A stretch of DNA of 64,000 nucleotides from an uncultured Puniceicoccaceae bacterium (GTDB taxonomy: Bacteria; Verrucomicrobiota; Verrucomicrobiia; Opitutales; Coraliomargaritaceae), in the NCBI GenBank assembly GCA_913031135.1, contig CAJWEH010000001.1:1482-65481 (forward strand), in the 5' to 3' direction. A program made the position numbers and the translations under genes. The notes below the pieces were generated by a model. The model saw nothing but the letters and a program-made list of their open reading frames with translations. It was not told the DNA's origin and ran no database searches. Within the stretch, counting starts at the first letter, position 1; each line of letters opens with the position of its first letter. Shown here piece after piece: positions 1 through 9,948 of the stretch.

Positions 1-598
1 TGCGTATCTCCCTTTTTTTTCCATGAGATAAATGAACTTCCAAGCGACGCTTATTTCCTTCCTTTTCTCCTGGTGCTGGTATGATTTTGTCTGCTTTTAA
101 AAATTCTCCTTCAAAATCGATACCTTCCAGCATTTTTGGTATGTCCTTATGGTTGAGATCTCGGCTGAGCGTGACTCGATAGCGTTTGACGATATTTGTG
201 GAGGGGTGGGTTAGTTGATTGGCAAGATCACCATCATTCGTGAGTATAAGTAGACCTTCACTGTCTTTATCGAGTCTACCCGCACAAAATAAGCGTTTTT
301 TCTGAAGATCGCTAGGCAGCAAATCAAAGACAGTTTGCGTTGCGTAAGGGTCTTTATTGCTACAGATAAAGCCCTTTGGTTTATTTAAGACTAGGGTAGT
401 TGGTCTTTCTTGTAAAAATTGTAATGGCTTATTGTTAACAAAGATTGCATCGCTTGGATGGGCTTTAGATCCAAGTTCGATCGTTTTGCCATTCACTCGT
501 ACCTTGCCATCTTGGATTAATTTTTCCGCTTCCCTACGAGAGCAAACCCCCGCATTGGCTATAAGCTTTTGAACCCTTTCTGTTTTAAACTCTTTCAT
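1..598 (-). CDS. rRNA pseudouridine synthase, RsuA/RluB family (3' end runs off the window; absent from the ORF track)
   Basis: Hand translation from ATG at 598: MKEFKTERVQKLIANAGVCSRREAEKLI (S4 domain), LNKPKG, catalytic GRLDKDSEGLLILTNDG, and HGKKREIR at the window edge with no stop. Confidence 0.9.
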   Translation of the reverse strand, partial: MKEFKTERVQKLIANAGVCSRREAEKLIQDGKVRVNGKTIELGSKAHPSDAIFVNNKPLQFLQERPTTLVLNKPKGFICSNKDPYATQTVFDLLPSDLQKKRLFCAGRLDKDSEGLLILTNDGDLANQLTHPSTNIVKRYRVTLSRDLNHKDIPKMLEGIDFEGEFLKADKIIPAPGEKEGNKRRLEVHLSHGKKREIR

Positions 599-708
599 TT
601 ATCACTTGCTATTTATAAAGAAACCTTTGTTACATATTTTTAACATTCTGACTTGCGTTCAATCATTAAAATTCGAATATTTCAATCATTCAACAAAGAT
701 AACTTTTT

Positions 709-1455
709 ATGACGGATACCACAGATAAGAAAATCGCTTTAGTAACAGGAGCTGGCCGTGGGATTGGGAAAGCGATTGCTCTTTCTTTAGCTAAAGAAGG
801 ACATCATGTCATTTGTGTGAGTCGTTCTGAATCATCCTGTGGCGCAGTTGCTGAACAGATTCTGCAAGAAGGAGGTTCGGCAGAATCGCTAGCCCTTGAT
901 GTATCAGATGCGACTGCTGTAGAATGTGCCTGTGCTGAATTGCTTGAAAAACATAGCTTAATTGATATTTTAGTCAATAATGCTGGGATCACTAGAGATA
1001 ATCTGCTTTTTAGAATGGAAGAAGAAGATTGGGATGCAGTTTTGAATACCAATCTAAAAAGCTGTTTTACCTTTATTAAGCATTTAGCACGTCCAATGAC
1101 TCGTAAACGATGGGGGCGAATTATTAATATCGCTTCAGTCATCGGGTTAACTGGTAATGCTGGACAAGCAAATTATGCTGCAGCGAAAGCAGGGATTATT
1201 GGACTCACTAAGAGCTTAGCTAAAGAATTTGCTGCAAGAAATGTCTCAGTTAATGTCATTGCGCCAGGATTTATTCAAACAGATATGACAAATGCTTTGA
1301 CTGAAGAACAGCAAAAATCCATCGTTGGTATCATTCCTATGAAACGAATGGGAACTTCTGAGGACATCGCAAATATGGCTACTTTTTTAGCTTCAACAAA
1401 ATCTGACTACATCACTGGGCAAGTTTTTACAGTTGACGGTGGAATGGTCATGTGA
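709..1455 (+). CDS. fabG: 3-oxoacyl-ACP reductase
   Basis: TGAGRGIG, NNAGITRD and YAAAK motifs; upstream of acpP-fabF. Confidence 0.96.
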   Translation: MTDTTDKKIALVTGAGRGIGKAIALSLAKEGHHVICVSRSESSCGAVAEQILQEGGSAESLALDVSDATAVECACAELLEKHSLIDILVNNAGITRDNLLFRMEEEDWDAVLNTNLKSCFTFIKHLARPMTRKRWGRIINIASVIGLTGNAGQANYAAAKAGIIGLTKSLAKEFAARNVSVNVIAPGFIQTDMTNALTEEQQKSIVGIIPMKRMGTSEDIANMATFLASTKSDYITGQVFTVDGGMVM

Positions 1456-1488
1456 TGAATAATTTTAAAAAATTAATAATTAATACTT

Positions 1489-1740
1489 ATGGCTGATCAA
1501 ACAATAGAAGAAAGAGTTCGTGCAATTATTGTAGAACAATTAAACGTGAACGCAGAGCAAGTGACACTTGAAGCATCCTTTATTGATGACTTGGGTTGTG
1601 ATTCACTCGATAATGTGGAATTAATTATGGCTTTTGAAGAAGCCTTTAGTGATGAAATTGATGGAGAGATTCCTGAAGCGGATGCCGAAAAGCTTGTTAA
1701 AGTTGGTGACGTTGTTCAATACATCACAGAGAAATCCTAA
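1489..1740 (+). CDS. acpP: Acyl carrier protein
   Basis: [18 protein letters not shown] with the DSL phosphopantetheine Ser; acidic; between fabG and fabF. Confidence 0.95.
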   Translation: MADQTIEERVRAIIVEQLNVNAEQVTLEASFIDDLGCDSLDNVELIMAFEEAFSDEIDGEIPEADAEKLVKVGDVVQYITEKS

Positions 1741-1770
1741 AATTATATAGTTCTTAAAGCCTTTTTTAAC

Positions 1771-3030
1771 ATGTCAAGTGACACAACGGCTCCCAGAATT
1801 GTTGTAACTGGATTAGGTACAATTAACGCTCACGGAGTGGGGGTCGATAAATTATGGGAAGGGGTTTTATCTGGAACGAGCGGTATTCGCAAAATTGAAT
1901 CTTTTGATGTTTCAGAATTAACATCAAAAGTGGGTGCAGAAGTCCATGATTTTGAGGTTTCAGATTTCATGGATGTTAAAGAAGCGAGAAGGAATGATCG
2001 CTTTACTCATTTTGCTGTCGCTAGTTCTCGTTTAGCCATTCAGGATGCAGGAATTCAGTTGGATTCATTGGATCCAGAACGATTTGGTGTTTTTGTAGGG
2101 TCTGGTATAGGTGGTTTGCAAACCATTCATGATCAAACAGCCCGGATGATTGAGCGTGGTCCAAGGAAAGTATCTCCGTTTATGATACCGTCATTAATTG
2201 GAAACATAGCCAGTGGTGTTGTCGCTATCGAACTAGGGGCTAAAGGTCCAAATTTCGGCATTGTAAGTGCGTGTTCATCAGCAACCCATTCAATAGGTGA
2301 AGCTTTTAATACGATTCGCAATGGTCACGCGGATATCATGATTGCTGGGGGTAGCGAAGCGGCTGTTTGTCAATTAGGCTATGCTGGCTTTTGTTCTATG
2401 AAAGCAATGAGCACGAATTTCAATGATACACCTGAAACAGCAAGCCGTCCTTTTGAGAAAAATCGTGATGGTTTTGTTATGGGTGAAGGAGCAGGGCTTC
2501 TTATATTGGAACGATTGGAGCACGCACAGGCTAGGGGAGCAAAAATATATTGTGAATTAGCTGCCTACGATTCGAGTTGCGATGCTTATCATATCACATC
2601 TCCAGATCCTGCAGGACAAGCTTTGTCTAAATCCTTCAAGAGCGTTGTATCCGCTTCAGGTCTAAAGCCTGAGGATATCGATTATATTAATGCTCATGGT
2701 ACGTCTACTCCGTATAATGATAAATTTGAAACTTTGGCTATTAAAGACGCCTTTGGCTCACATGCGAACAATCTTTTAATAAGCTCAACAAAATCAATGA
2801 CTGGACACTTGCTAGGTGCGGCAGGCGGCATTGAGTCTGCAATCTGTGCTAAAGTTATTCAGGAAGGTAAGGTACCCCCTACGATCAATCATTTTGAACC
2901 TGACCCAGATTGTGATTTAAATTATGTTCCGAATACTAGTGTTGAGTCACAAGTAAAGGTAGCCATCTGTAATAATTCAGGCTTTGGTGGGCATAATGCA
3001 GTCCTTTTATTCCAAGCAATTGATGAATAA
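1771..3030 (+). CDS. fabF: Beta-ketoacyl-ACP synthase II
   Basis: SAC active Cys, INAHGTST, KSMTGHLLGAAG, GFGGHN. Confidence 0.96.
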   Translation: MSSDTTAPRIVVTGLGTINAHGVGVDKLWEGVLSGTSGIRKIESFDVSELTSKVGAEVHDFEVSDFMDVKEARRNDRFTHFAVASSRLAIQDAGIQLDSLDPERFGVFVGSGIGGLQTIHDQTARMIERGPRKVSPFMIPSLIGNIASGVVAIELGAKGPNFGIVSACSSATHSIGEAFNTIRNGHADIMIAGGSEAAVCQLGYAGFCSMKAMSTNFNDTPETASRPFEKNRDGFVMGEGAGLLILERLEHAQARGAKIYCELAAYDSSCDAYHITSPDPAGQALSKSFKSVVSASGLKPEDIDYINAHGTSTPYNDKFETLAIKDAFGSHANNLLISSTKSMTGHLLGAAGGIESAICAKVIQEGKVPPTINHFEPDPDCDLNYVPNTSVESQVKVAICNNSGFGGHNAVLLFQAIDE

Positions 3031-3075
3031 GACGGATTGCTCCATCGCAGTTTTTTTATTTTTATCTACAAGCGT

Positions 3076-4605
3076 ATGCAATTCATCCTAAAATTATCAA
3101 TAGGAGCTCTGCTAGGTATTCTTTTATTGCCTTATTTGGTCATTTTTGATTCCTCGCCACCTAAGGGTAGTAATTTATCTAGTCCATATTTTAGTTACAC
3201 GGACGCTCAGCTGTTAGTCGATCGTACTTATTTGAAGGATTCTGAAGAATCACTGTATTTGGACCATCAAATTTTTGATTATATGATCGATGAGATTAAA
3301 TCTGCGGAAACCTTTTTAATTCTAGACTTTTTCTTGTGGAATAACTGGGTCGGTAGATTCGACAGAGATATATTGAAAAAATCTATAGCTAATCGATTGT
3401 CTGATGCCTTGATTGCAAAACGTAAAGCAAGACCAGATATTCCCATTTTAATGATAACGGATCCCATTAATCGTCTGTATAACCCGTTTGATTCAGACTA
3501 CTTTAAGGAGTTTGAATCCTTAGGGATTCCCGTGGTTTTTACTGATTTAAAACAGCTTCCAGATCCTAATCCATTATATTCAAAGCAAGTGCGTTTTTGG
3601 TCTAAATTTTTTCCTAGCGAAGCAAAAGAGAATCGATTCAGGTTCATTCCAAATACATTGAATCCAAACGGAGAAAAATTGAGTTTGAAACAATTTTGGG
3701 AAGCGTTTCATTTGAAGTCAAACCACAGAAAAGTACTGATTTCGGGCTATAAGAACCAAGCGTCTCGATTAATACTTGGTAGTTTTAACCCATCAGATGC
3801 AAGTGCTTTGAATTCAAATATTGCAGCTTTAGTAGAGGGTCCTGTAGCTGATTATGCCGCACGTTCCGAGATGGCAATCGCGCGTTGGTCTACAGTAGAT
3901 ACTTCAAATTTACAGGGAAGTACTTTTTCGCTACTAGACACTTTAAATCGCTTGGATCAATTAATTGCTAGCGAAAAGGAGTTTGATGCATTTAAATCAA
4001 AGAATTCAGGCGTGCGCTTTTTGGGTGAAAAGCAAATAAAGTCGACTGTTTTAGGTTTATTAAAAAATGCTAAAGAGAATACAGAGATTGATATAGCAAT
4101 GTTTTATTTGTCGGATAGAAAAGTAATTAGAGCGATCAAGTCTGCATTAAAAAAGGGTGCTCAGATACGATTATTATTAGATCAAAATTTAAATGCTTTT
4201 GGATTTAAGAAGAATGGGATTCCAAATCGAGCGGTTGCAGATGAATTAATGTCTTTAGATGCATCAAATGCTTTGAGTGTTCGCTGGGCGAGTGCTGATA
4301 GTGGGGGGCAATTTCATCCGAAAGCGTTTCGTCTCTATGATGATAAAAATGATATTTTAATTGTTGGTTCTGCCAACTTTACTCGAAGGAACATTAATGG
4401 CTTTAATTTAGAAGCTTGTTTGCTTTTCAATTCTGTTTTGTCCGTTAGTAATAAGTTTGATGCTTATTTTGATGAGGTTTGGACAAATAGTCTGGGCTAC
4501 TCTGAATCCTTGGATTACTCTGAATTAAATAACCCAAAGTGGATGCGTTGGTATAGAGCAGTTGTATTTCGCATACAGGAATGGACTCAGCTGTCTACGT
4601 ATTAG
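3076..4605 (+). CDS. Membrane-anchored phospholipase D superfamily protein with two variant HKD motifs
   Basis: N-terminal hydrophobic helix after ATG 3076; NHRKVLISG...GSFNP and FHPKAFRLYDD...GSANFTRRN motifs. Confidence 0.8.
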   Translation: MQFILKLSIGALLGILLLPYLVIFDSSPPKGSNLSSPYFSYTDAQLLVDRTYLKDSEESLYLDHQIFDYMIDEIKSAETFLILDFFLWNNWVGRFDRDILKKSIANRLSDALIAKRKARPDIPILMITDPINRLYNPFDSDYFKEFESLGIPVVFTDLKQLPDPNPLYSKQVRFWSKFFPSEAKENRFRFIPNTLNPNGEKLSLKQFWEAFHLKSNHRKVLISGYKNQASRLILGSFNPSDASALNSNIAALVEGPVADYAARSEMAIARWSTVDTSNLQGSTFSLLDTLNRLDQLIASEKEFDAFKSKNSGVRFLGEKQIKSTVLGLLKNAKENTEIDIAMFYLSDRKVIRAIKSALKKGAQIRLLLDQNLNAFGFKKNGIPNRAVADELMSLDASNALSVRWASADSGGQFHPKAFRLYDDKNDILIVGSANFTRRNINGFNLEACLLFNSVLSVSNKFDAYFDEVWTNSLGYSESLDYSELNNPKWMRWYRAVVFRIQEWTQLSTY

Positions 4606-4924
4606 AATGCCGATTTTTTTTTGTATTGAAGCGTCCCGGTAGCTTCTGCCGTTTTTTCTTTTTTAAAAATATGGGCATTAGGCTAGTCTCAATGAATTTC
4701 ATTGCGGCGTCTAAGCCCTCACTTTCAAATACTTGACCAATTTCACACTCTACTTGGGTTGGCTCTCCTCGGCAGGATAGGAATTCATTAGAGGTCATGG
4801 ATTGAAAAATCTCAGCTCGTTCTTTGATGGCTATGTCTGATTGGTTTAGTATCCATTTTCTTGCATAGAGAGCGAGGACGGCATCACCAATCCAAGCGAG
4901 AGATCTTTTTTCTTCGATATTCAT
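4595..4924 (-). CDS. Very small RNase III-family (Mini-III-like) domain protein
   Basis: LAWIGDAVLALYAR matches the RNase III/Mini-III signature; SN..L and TQVECEIG match later helices; basic C-terminal tail; no dsRBD. Confidence 0.7.
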   Translation of the reverse strand: MNIEEKRSLAWIGDAVLALYARKWILNQSDIAIKERAEIFQSMTSNEFLSCRGEPTQVECEIGQVFESEGLDAAMKFIETSLMPIFLKKKKRQKLPGRFNTKKNRHSNT

Positions 4925-4925
4925 A

Positions 4926-7694
4926 TCAATGAGCTTCTAGCCAATTATTGCCAATACCTATTTCTATTTCAATTGGACATTTTAAATCAATAGCATGAAC
5001 CATCTCATTTTTTAATAGGAGGGTTAATGGTTCTGCTTCCTCGGGTGCTAAATCAAACACAAGTTCATCGTGAACTTGTAGAATCATTTTTGAAGAAAGG
5101 TTTGCTTCTTCAATTGCTTTTTGGATACGAATCATGGCAATTTTGATTAAGTCTGCGGCTGTTCCTTGAATCGGCATATTGATCGCATTTCTTTCTGCCG
5201 CTGACCGAATGCTTCCGTTTGATGAATTGATGTCTCTCAAGTAACGCCTTCGACCTAATAGGGTTGAAACATAGCCGTTTTTTCTGGCTAACTCAATTTG
5301 AGAATCAATGTAATTTCGAATGGTTGGAAATTGTTCAAAATAATTGTCAATGATGGCTTGTGCTTCGGTTCTGGAAATTGTGCCTAACCTTTGTGCTAGT
5401 CCGAAAGCTGAAATTCCATAGGGAATGCCAAAATTGACCATTTTAGCCGTGCTTCTTTGATCTCTAGTAACATCCTCAATCCTCACTTTGAAAATCTTTG
5501 CTGCGGTTGATGCGTGGATATCTTGATTTTCTTTAAAGGCATTAATCATGCTTTCATCTTCTGAAAGTGCTGCCAATATTCTCAGTTCTATTTGTGAGTA
5601 ATCGGCAGCCAAGATTTTCCAATCACTCTTTCTCGGGATAAATGCTTTGCGTATTTCTCTGCCAAAGGTGCTTCGAATAGGAATGTTTTGTAGGTTTGGA
5701 TTATTTGATGTGAGTCGACCCGTCGCTGTTTGAACCTGCCCAAAGTTTGAATGGATTCTTTGTGTCTTTATGTGAACGGTTTTAGGGAGTGCTTCTATGT
5801 AAGTGCTAATTAATTTTGTTAATTGGCGATAGTCTAAAATATCTGATACAATCGTATGTTTGGATGCTAAACTTGAGAGGATTTGTTCGTTTGTTGCATA
5901 CTGACCTGTTTTTGTCTTTTTGGGCTTTTCAACGAGTTTTAAGTCTTCAAATAAGACAATACCGAGTTGTTTAGGCGAATTTAAATTAAAATCCCTGCCT
6001 GCTGTTTGAAAGATAGACTCTTGAAGACGATTTATCTCTAAAGCTAAAGTTTTGCCTGTTTCTTGTAGCGACGATTCATTTAATGAAATGCCTTCTTGTT
6101 CCATTGATACGAGCACTGGAAGCAGTGGTGACTCAATCTCGTAAAAAGTCTTTGATTGTCCCTGACTTTCCAATTTAGGTTTTAGTAATTCCCAGAGTTG
6201 GAATGTCACATCGGCATCTTCCATGGCATAATCTGTAAACTGCTTTTCATCAATCGTGCTAAAATCAATATCGGCTCCTTTTTTAGCGTTTGGGGCGATT
6301 TCTGAGAAGGGTATCGTTTTATACTGTAGTAAGTTTTCTGCTAAAATATCTAAATTGTGCCGTTGCTCAGGTTCAATCAGGGAGTGAGCAATGAATGTGT
6401 CAAAGCATGGATTTTGGACTGTTATATTGTGGTTTTTAAGGATAGCAGTATCGAATTTTAAATTGTGAGCGATTTTCGTGAATTGTATATTTTCAAGAAG
6501 CTCTTTTAGAAAGTGACGGTCTTTTTCATTGTAGGGAAGGTACCAAGCCTGATTTTTCTTGGTTGCAAATGCGACGCCATGTAATTCAGCCGTTAGGGTG
6601 TCGAGTGAATTGGTCTCAGTATCAAAAGCGAAGCACTCAGTTTCTTTGATAGCCTTCAATAAATCTTCTTTATCAAGATCATTTCGAATGAGCCTATAAT
6701 CGGTTGTTATGTCAGAAAGTGATTGAAGCGAGTTTCCTTGAACTAGTTCGATCTCTGTTTGTTTTTGTTCCTCGCCGGAGCTCAAGGTGAAGTTCTCTTC
6801 TGAAGGGCTTTTTATTTGAAAATCAGTTCCAAATAGGCGTTTCCCAAGTGTTCTGAATTCTAATTCTGAAAATAATGCATCCAAGCGATCTTTAGAGGGT
6901 TCATTTAGGGCAAATGCATCCCAATCATACTCAATTGGTACGGACTGATTGATAATGGCAAGTTTCTTTGATAAAAGCGCTTGTTCAGAGTATCGTTCTA
7001 ATTGTTCTTTTTGTTTCCCTTTTAAATCGTCTGTATGTTCAAGTAGTTGTTCGATGTTTGAATAGTTATGGATTAATTTAGAAGCTGTTTTGGGACCGAT
7101 ACCTGGAACGCCAGGAATATTATCAGAGACATCTCCACAAAGACCTAACATATCTATGACTTGTTTAGGCTCACTTATATCCCATTTTTCAAGAATTTCA
7201 GGAATTCCCCAAATCTCTGCACCATCTCCCTGTCTTGAAGGGCGATACATTTTGATCTTTTCGGTGACTAATTGACCAAAATCTTTATCAGGAGTGACCA
7301 TGTAGACTTCATCAAAGCCATCGGATTCTGCGTTTTTTGCTAGAGTACCTATAATGTCATCGGCTTCAAAACCATCTTGTTTTAAAATGGGTATATTAAA
7401 AGCGTTAGAGACTGTTTCTATATACGGAAGTGCTAAAGATAAGTCTTCAGGCATTGCATCTCTGTTTGCCTTATATTCGGGGTGTAATCTGTGGCGTTCA
7501 GTTGGCGCAGAAGTGTCAAATGCAATGGCGAGGTGAGTGGGTTTTTGCTTTTTAATCAGATCAATCAGTGTTGCAGTAAATCCAAAAACGGCAGATGTAT
7601 TCATCCCCTTTGAATTATAGATAGGGCTCCTTATAAGGGCAAAATGTGCCCTGTATGCGAGTGCCATTCCATCAAGCAAAAATAATTTTTTCAT
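4926..7694 (-). CDS. polA: DNA polymerase I
   Basis: 5'-3' exonuclease (LLDG, EADDIIG, GDVSDNIPGVPGIGPKTA), 3'-5' exonuclease (FDTET), polymerase motifs ADYSQIELR and LQVHDELVF. Confidence 0.98.
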   Translation of the reverse strand: MKKLFLLDGMALAYRAHFALIRSPIYNSKGMNTSAVFGFTATLIDLIKKQKPTHLAIAFDTSAPTERHRLHPEYKANRDAMPEDLSLALPYIETVSNAFNIPILKQDGFEADDIIGTLAKNAESDGFDEVYMVTPDKDFGQLVTEKIKMYRPSRQGDGAEIWGIPEILEKWDISEPKQVIDMLGLCGDVSDNIPGVPGIGPKTASKLIHNYSNIEQLLEHTDDLKGKQKEQLERYSEQALLSKKLAIINQSVPIEYDWDAFALNEPSKDRLDALFSELEFRTLGKRLFGTDFQIKSPSEENFTLSSGEEQKQTEIELVQGNSLQSLSDITTDYRLIRNDLDKEDLLKAIKETECFAFDTETNSLDTLTAELHGVAFATKKNQAWYLPYNEKDRHFLKELLENIQFTKIAHNLKFDTAILKNHNITVQNPCFDTFIAHSLIEPEQRHNLDILAENLLQYKTIPFSEIAPNAKKGADIDFSTIDEKQFTDYAMEDADVTFQLWELLKPKLESQGQSKTFYEIESPLLPVLVSMEQEGISLNESSLQETGKTLALEINRLQESIFQTAGRDFNLNSPKQLGIVLFEDLKLVEKPKKTKTGQYATNEQILSSLASKHTIVSDILDYRQLTKLISTYIEALPKTVHIKTQRIHSNFGQVQTATGRLTSNNPNLQNIPIRSTFGREIRKAFIPRKSDWKILAADYSQIELRILAALSEDESMINAFKENQDIHASTAAKIFKVRIEDVTRDQRSTAKMVNFGIPYGISAFGLAQRLGTISRTEAQAIIDNYFEQFPTIRNYIDSQIELARKNGYVSTLLGRRRYLRDINSSNGSIRSAAERNAINMPIQGTAADLIKIAMIRIQKAIEEANLSSKMILQVHDELVFDLAPEEAEPLTLLLKNEMVHAIDLKCPIEIEIGIGNNWLEAH

Positions 7695-7704
7695 AATTAA
7701 ACGG

Positions 7705-9081
7705 TTATTGAATAATTGATTTTAAGTATTGAAGTCCAGTTTCTTCGCTATCAAAAAGACCTTCGATTTGAGCTTGATAGCAGCGACTGAGGATGTCTTT
7801 AAATTGTGGACTAGGTGTGATGTCTAAGTCGATTAAATGTCGTCCTAGTATGATGGGTTTTGGCTCTGAATCTTTAACTTTTAAGTTTTCAGATTTACGC
7901 AATAGCCATTTAGTCACTTCAAATTTTGTTTCTTTTATTGGAGGTCGTCCCATCTGGTCAGCCTCTACAACTCGCACTAAGCGATCGATCCTTTTTACCT
8001 TGGCAGCTAATCGTCGTATCGCAGCGTCTCCAGATTTATTATTATATAAGTTGTAGGGTCTCATATGCTCGGTAACAAGTGGAAGTACTTCCTCGATGAG
8101 TTTTCTTTGTTGCGTCATTCGTTTCAGGAATGATTCTGCGATATTTTTACCTTCAATGTCGTGTTTCGGGCTTCGAATACGTCCATCTGATGTCGTAATG
8201 CTTGTAGTTGGCTTACCTATATCATGACATAATGTAGCCATTCCAACGACCAAATCTTCCCATTCATCGTGGATTCTTGTTTGAGCAAATGCATCCATAC
8301 AATGTTTCGTATGATTCCATACACTTCCTTCTGGGTGCCATTCTCGATCTTGTTCACAGTGTACTAATGCTTCCAATTCAGGGAAATGCTGAAGCCAATT
8401 GCAGTCGGCTAAAAATTCTAATCCTAATGAAATCTTTTCGCCTTTAAGAATCAGTTTTTTCCACTCTTCCCAAATGCGTTCTTTGGGTAAATTTTTAGGA
8501 TCTAGTTTTTGACATTTATCTAGTGTATTAGAGTCTACCTTTAATTGGAAACGAGCTATGAATTGCATCGCTCTTAAGACTCTTAGGGAATCTTCATCAA
8601 ATGCATCCGATACATGCTTTAGCGTTTTAGATTTTAAATCATTAACACCATTAAAGGGATCAATTAATTGATGGGTACTCAAATCATAGCTAATGGCATT
8701 GATCGTAAAGTCTCGCCGAGAGCAGGCAGTTTTGAGATCTAAAAATGGGTCGCCCTCCACATTGAAGTCGGTATGCTTAACTCCAATTTTTGATTCCTTT
8801 CGTGGGATACTAATATCTATAGAATGACCCTTTAGGATAAAAACGCCAAATTGCTTTCCTACCGTTTCGATTTGGAATTTTTTTGAAAGTGTTTTTTCGA
8901 TCAATTCAGGTTGAATATTATAGACTTCTATATCGATGTCTTTGGGGCAAAGCCCAAGCAAACTGTCTCGGACACATCCGCCGACTAAATAGACCTTAGC
9001 ACTTTCAGCTTTTAGTAAATCCTCAATTTCAATAATGGAAGTTCGTTGATGGTCGGATAATTGATGGAGAATGTTCACCAT
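7705..9081 (-). CDS. cca: tRNA nucleotidyltransferase / poly(A) polymerase family protein with HD domain
   Basis: VGGCVRD..DIDIE, RRDFTINA, EDSLRVLRA; HD domain HPEG..VWNHT...CHDIGKP. CCA versus CC- or A-adding specificity cannot be determined by eye. Confidence 0.8.
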   Translation of the reverse strand: MVNILHQLSDHQRTSIIEIEDLLKAESAKVYLVGGCVRDSLLGLCPKDIDIEVYNIQPELIEKTLSKKFQIETVGKQFGVFILKGHSIDISIPRKESKIGVKHTDFNVEGDPFLDLKTACSRRDFTINAISYDLSTHQLIDPFNGVNDLKSKTLKHVSDAFDEDSLRVLRAMQFIARFQLKVDSNTLDKCQKLDPKNLPKERIWEEWKKLILKGEKISLGLEFLADCNWLQHFPELEALVHCEQDREWHPEGSVWNHTKHCMDAFAQTRIHDEWEDLVVGMATLCHDIGKPTTSITTSDGRIRSPKHDIEGKNIAESFLKRMTQQRKLIEEVLPLVTEHMRPYNLYNNKSGDAAIRRLAAKVKRIDRLVRVVEADQMGRPPIKETKFEVTKWLLRKSENLKVKDSEPKPIILGRHLIDLDITPSPQFKDILSRCYQAQIEGLFDSEETGLQYLKSIIQ

Positions 9082-9084
9082 GAA

Positions 9085-9918
9085 TCAACGAATAGTAGGA
9101 TCTCCCCAATTTAATTTACTGCGAACAACGGAAAAGTGTGAATTGTTTGAATTCTGAATGAGTTTAAATTGCCGTTTTGATAATGTGATTTGGATAGACG
9201 AAATAGCTTTTAACTCAAATTTAGCCTTACCATCAATGGTAATGAGTGGTTGTGACGGGGAGTCATCAAAAAAGACCTCGATAGGATTATGTGAATCAAA
9301 AATGACAGAGCGATTTCCAAGTGTATGAGGGCAAATGGGAGTCATTGCAATTGCTTCAACATTTGGACTAATGATTGGTCCTCCAGCAGAAAGGTTATAA
9401 GCAGTTGATCCGGTGGGCGTAGCAAAGATCAAGCCGTCGCAGTGATATTCCGAAATCAGTTCAAGGTTTGATTTTACCTTTAAGCGTATCAGTCCTCTAT
9501 TTTTGTTTTCTTTAATGACTAAGTCATTCAATGCATAAGCCGATTGACCGTCGCCAGACTCACAATTTAACACAGAGCGTTTTTCAATAGAGAAGTTTCC
9601 ATTAAGGATATTCAGAAAATCAGCCTTTACTTGTTCAATACTAAAAGTGGCGAGGAATCCTAATTTCCCTAGGTTAATACCTAAGACAGTGGTATCATGT
9701 TCTAAAGCAGCTTCGACAACTCCTAGCAAAGTTCCATCGCCGCCAATCACACAACAGAGGTCAATCGATTCAAATAATTCCTTATTAAATGGGAATTCAG
9801 TGATGTGTTTCGTTTGGATACCTTTTGCTTCTGCAAGTACGGACAGTGCTTCTGCTGTTTCTTTAGCCTTAGGTTTTGATAAGTTAATTACAAATGCTAT
9901 GGATTGAATGGTATTCAT
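9085..9918 (-). CDS. nadK: NAD kinase
   Basis: GGDGT, GKLGFL, DGLIFATPTGSTAYNLSAGGP. Confidence 0.96.
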   Translation of the reverse strand: MNTIQSIAFVINLSKPKAKETAEALSVLAEAKGIQTKHITEFPFNKELFESIDLCCVIGGDGTLLGVVEAALEHDTTVLGINLGKLGFLATFSIEQVKADFLNILNGNFSIEKRSVLNCESGDGQSAYALNDLVIKENKNRGLIRLKVKSNLELISEYHCDGLIFATPTGSTAYNLSAGGPIISPNVEAIAMTPICPHTLGNRSVIFDSHNPIEVFFDDSPSQPLITIDGKAKFELKAISSIQITLSKRQFKLIQNSNNSHFSVVRSKLNWGDPTIR

Positions 9919-9948
9919 TATTCTTTAGCTTGTACTGATAAGATAGAT

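Noticed and set aside
357..572. 71-aa plus-strand ORF in the track
   Set aside because: Antisense shadow of the pseudouridine synthase gene on the minus strand (598 to the window edge).
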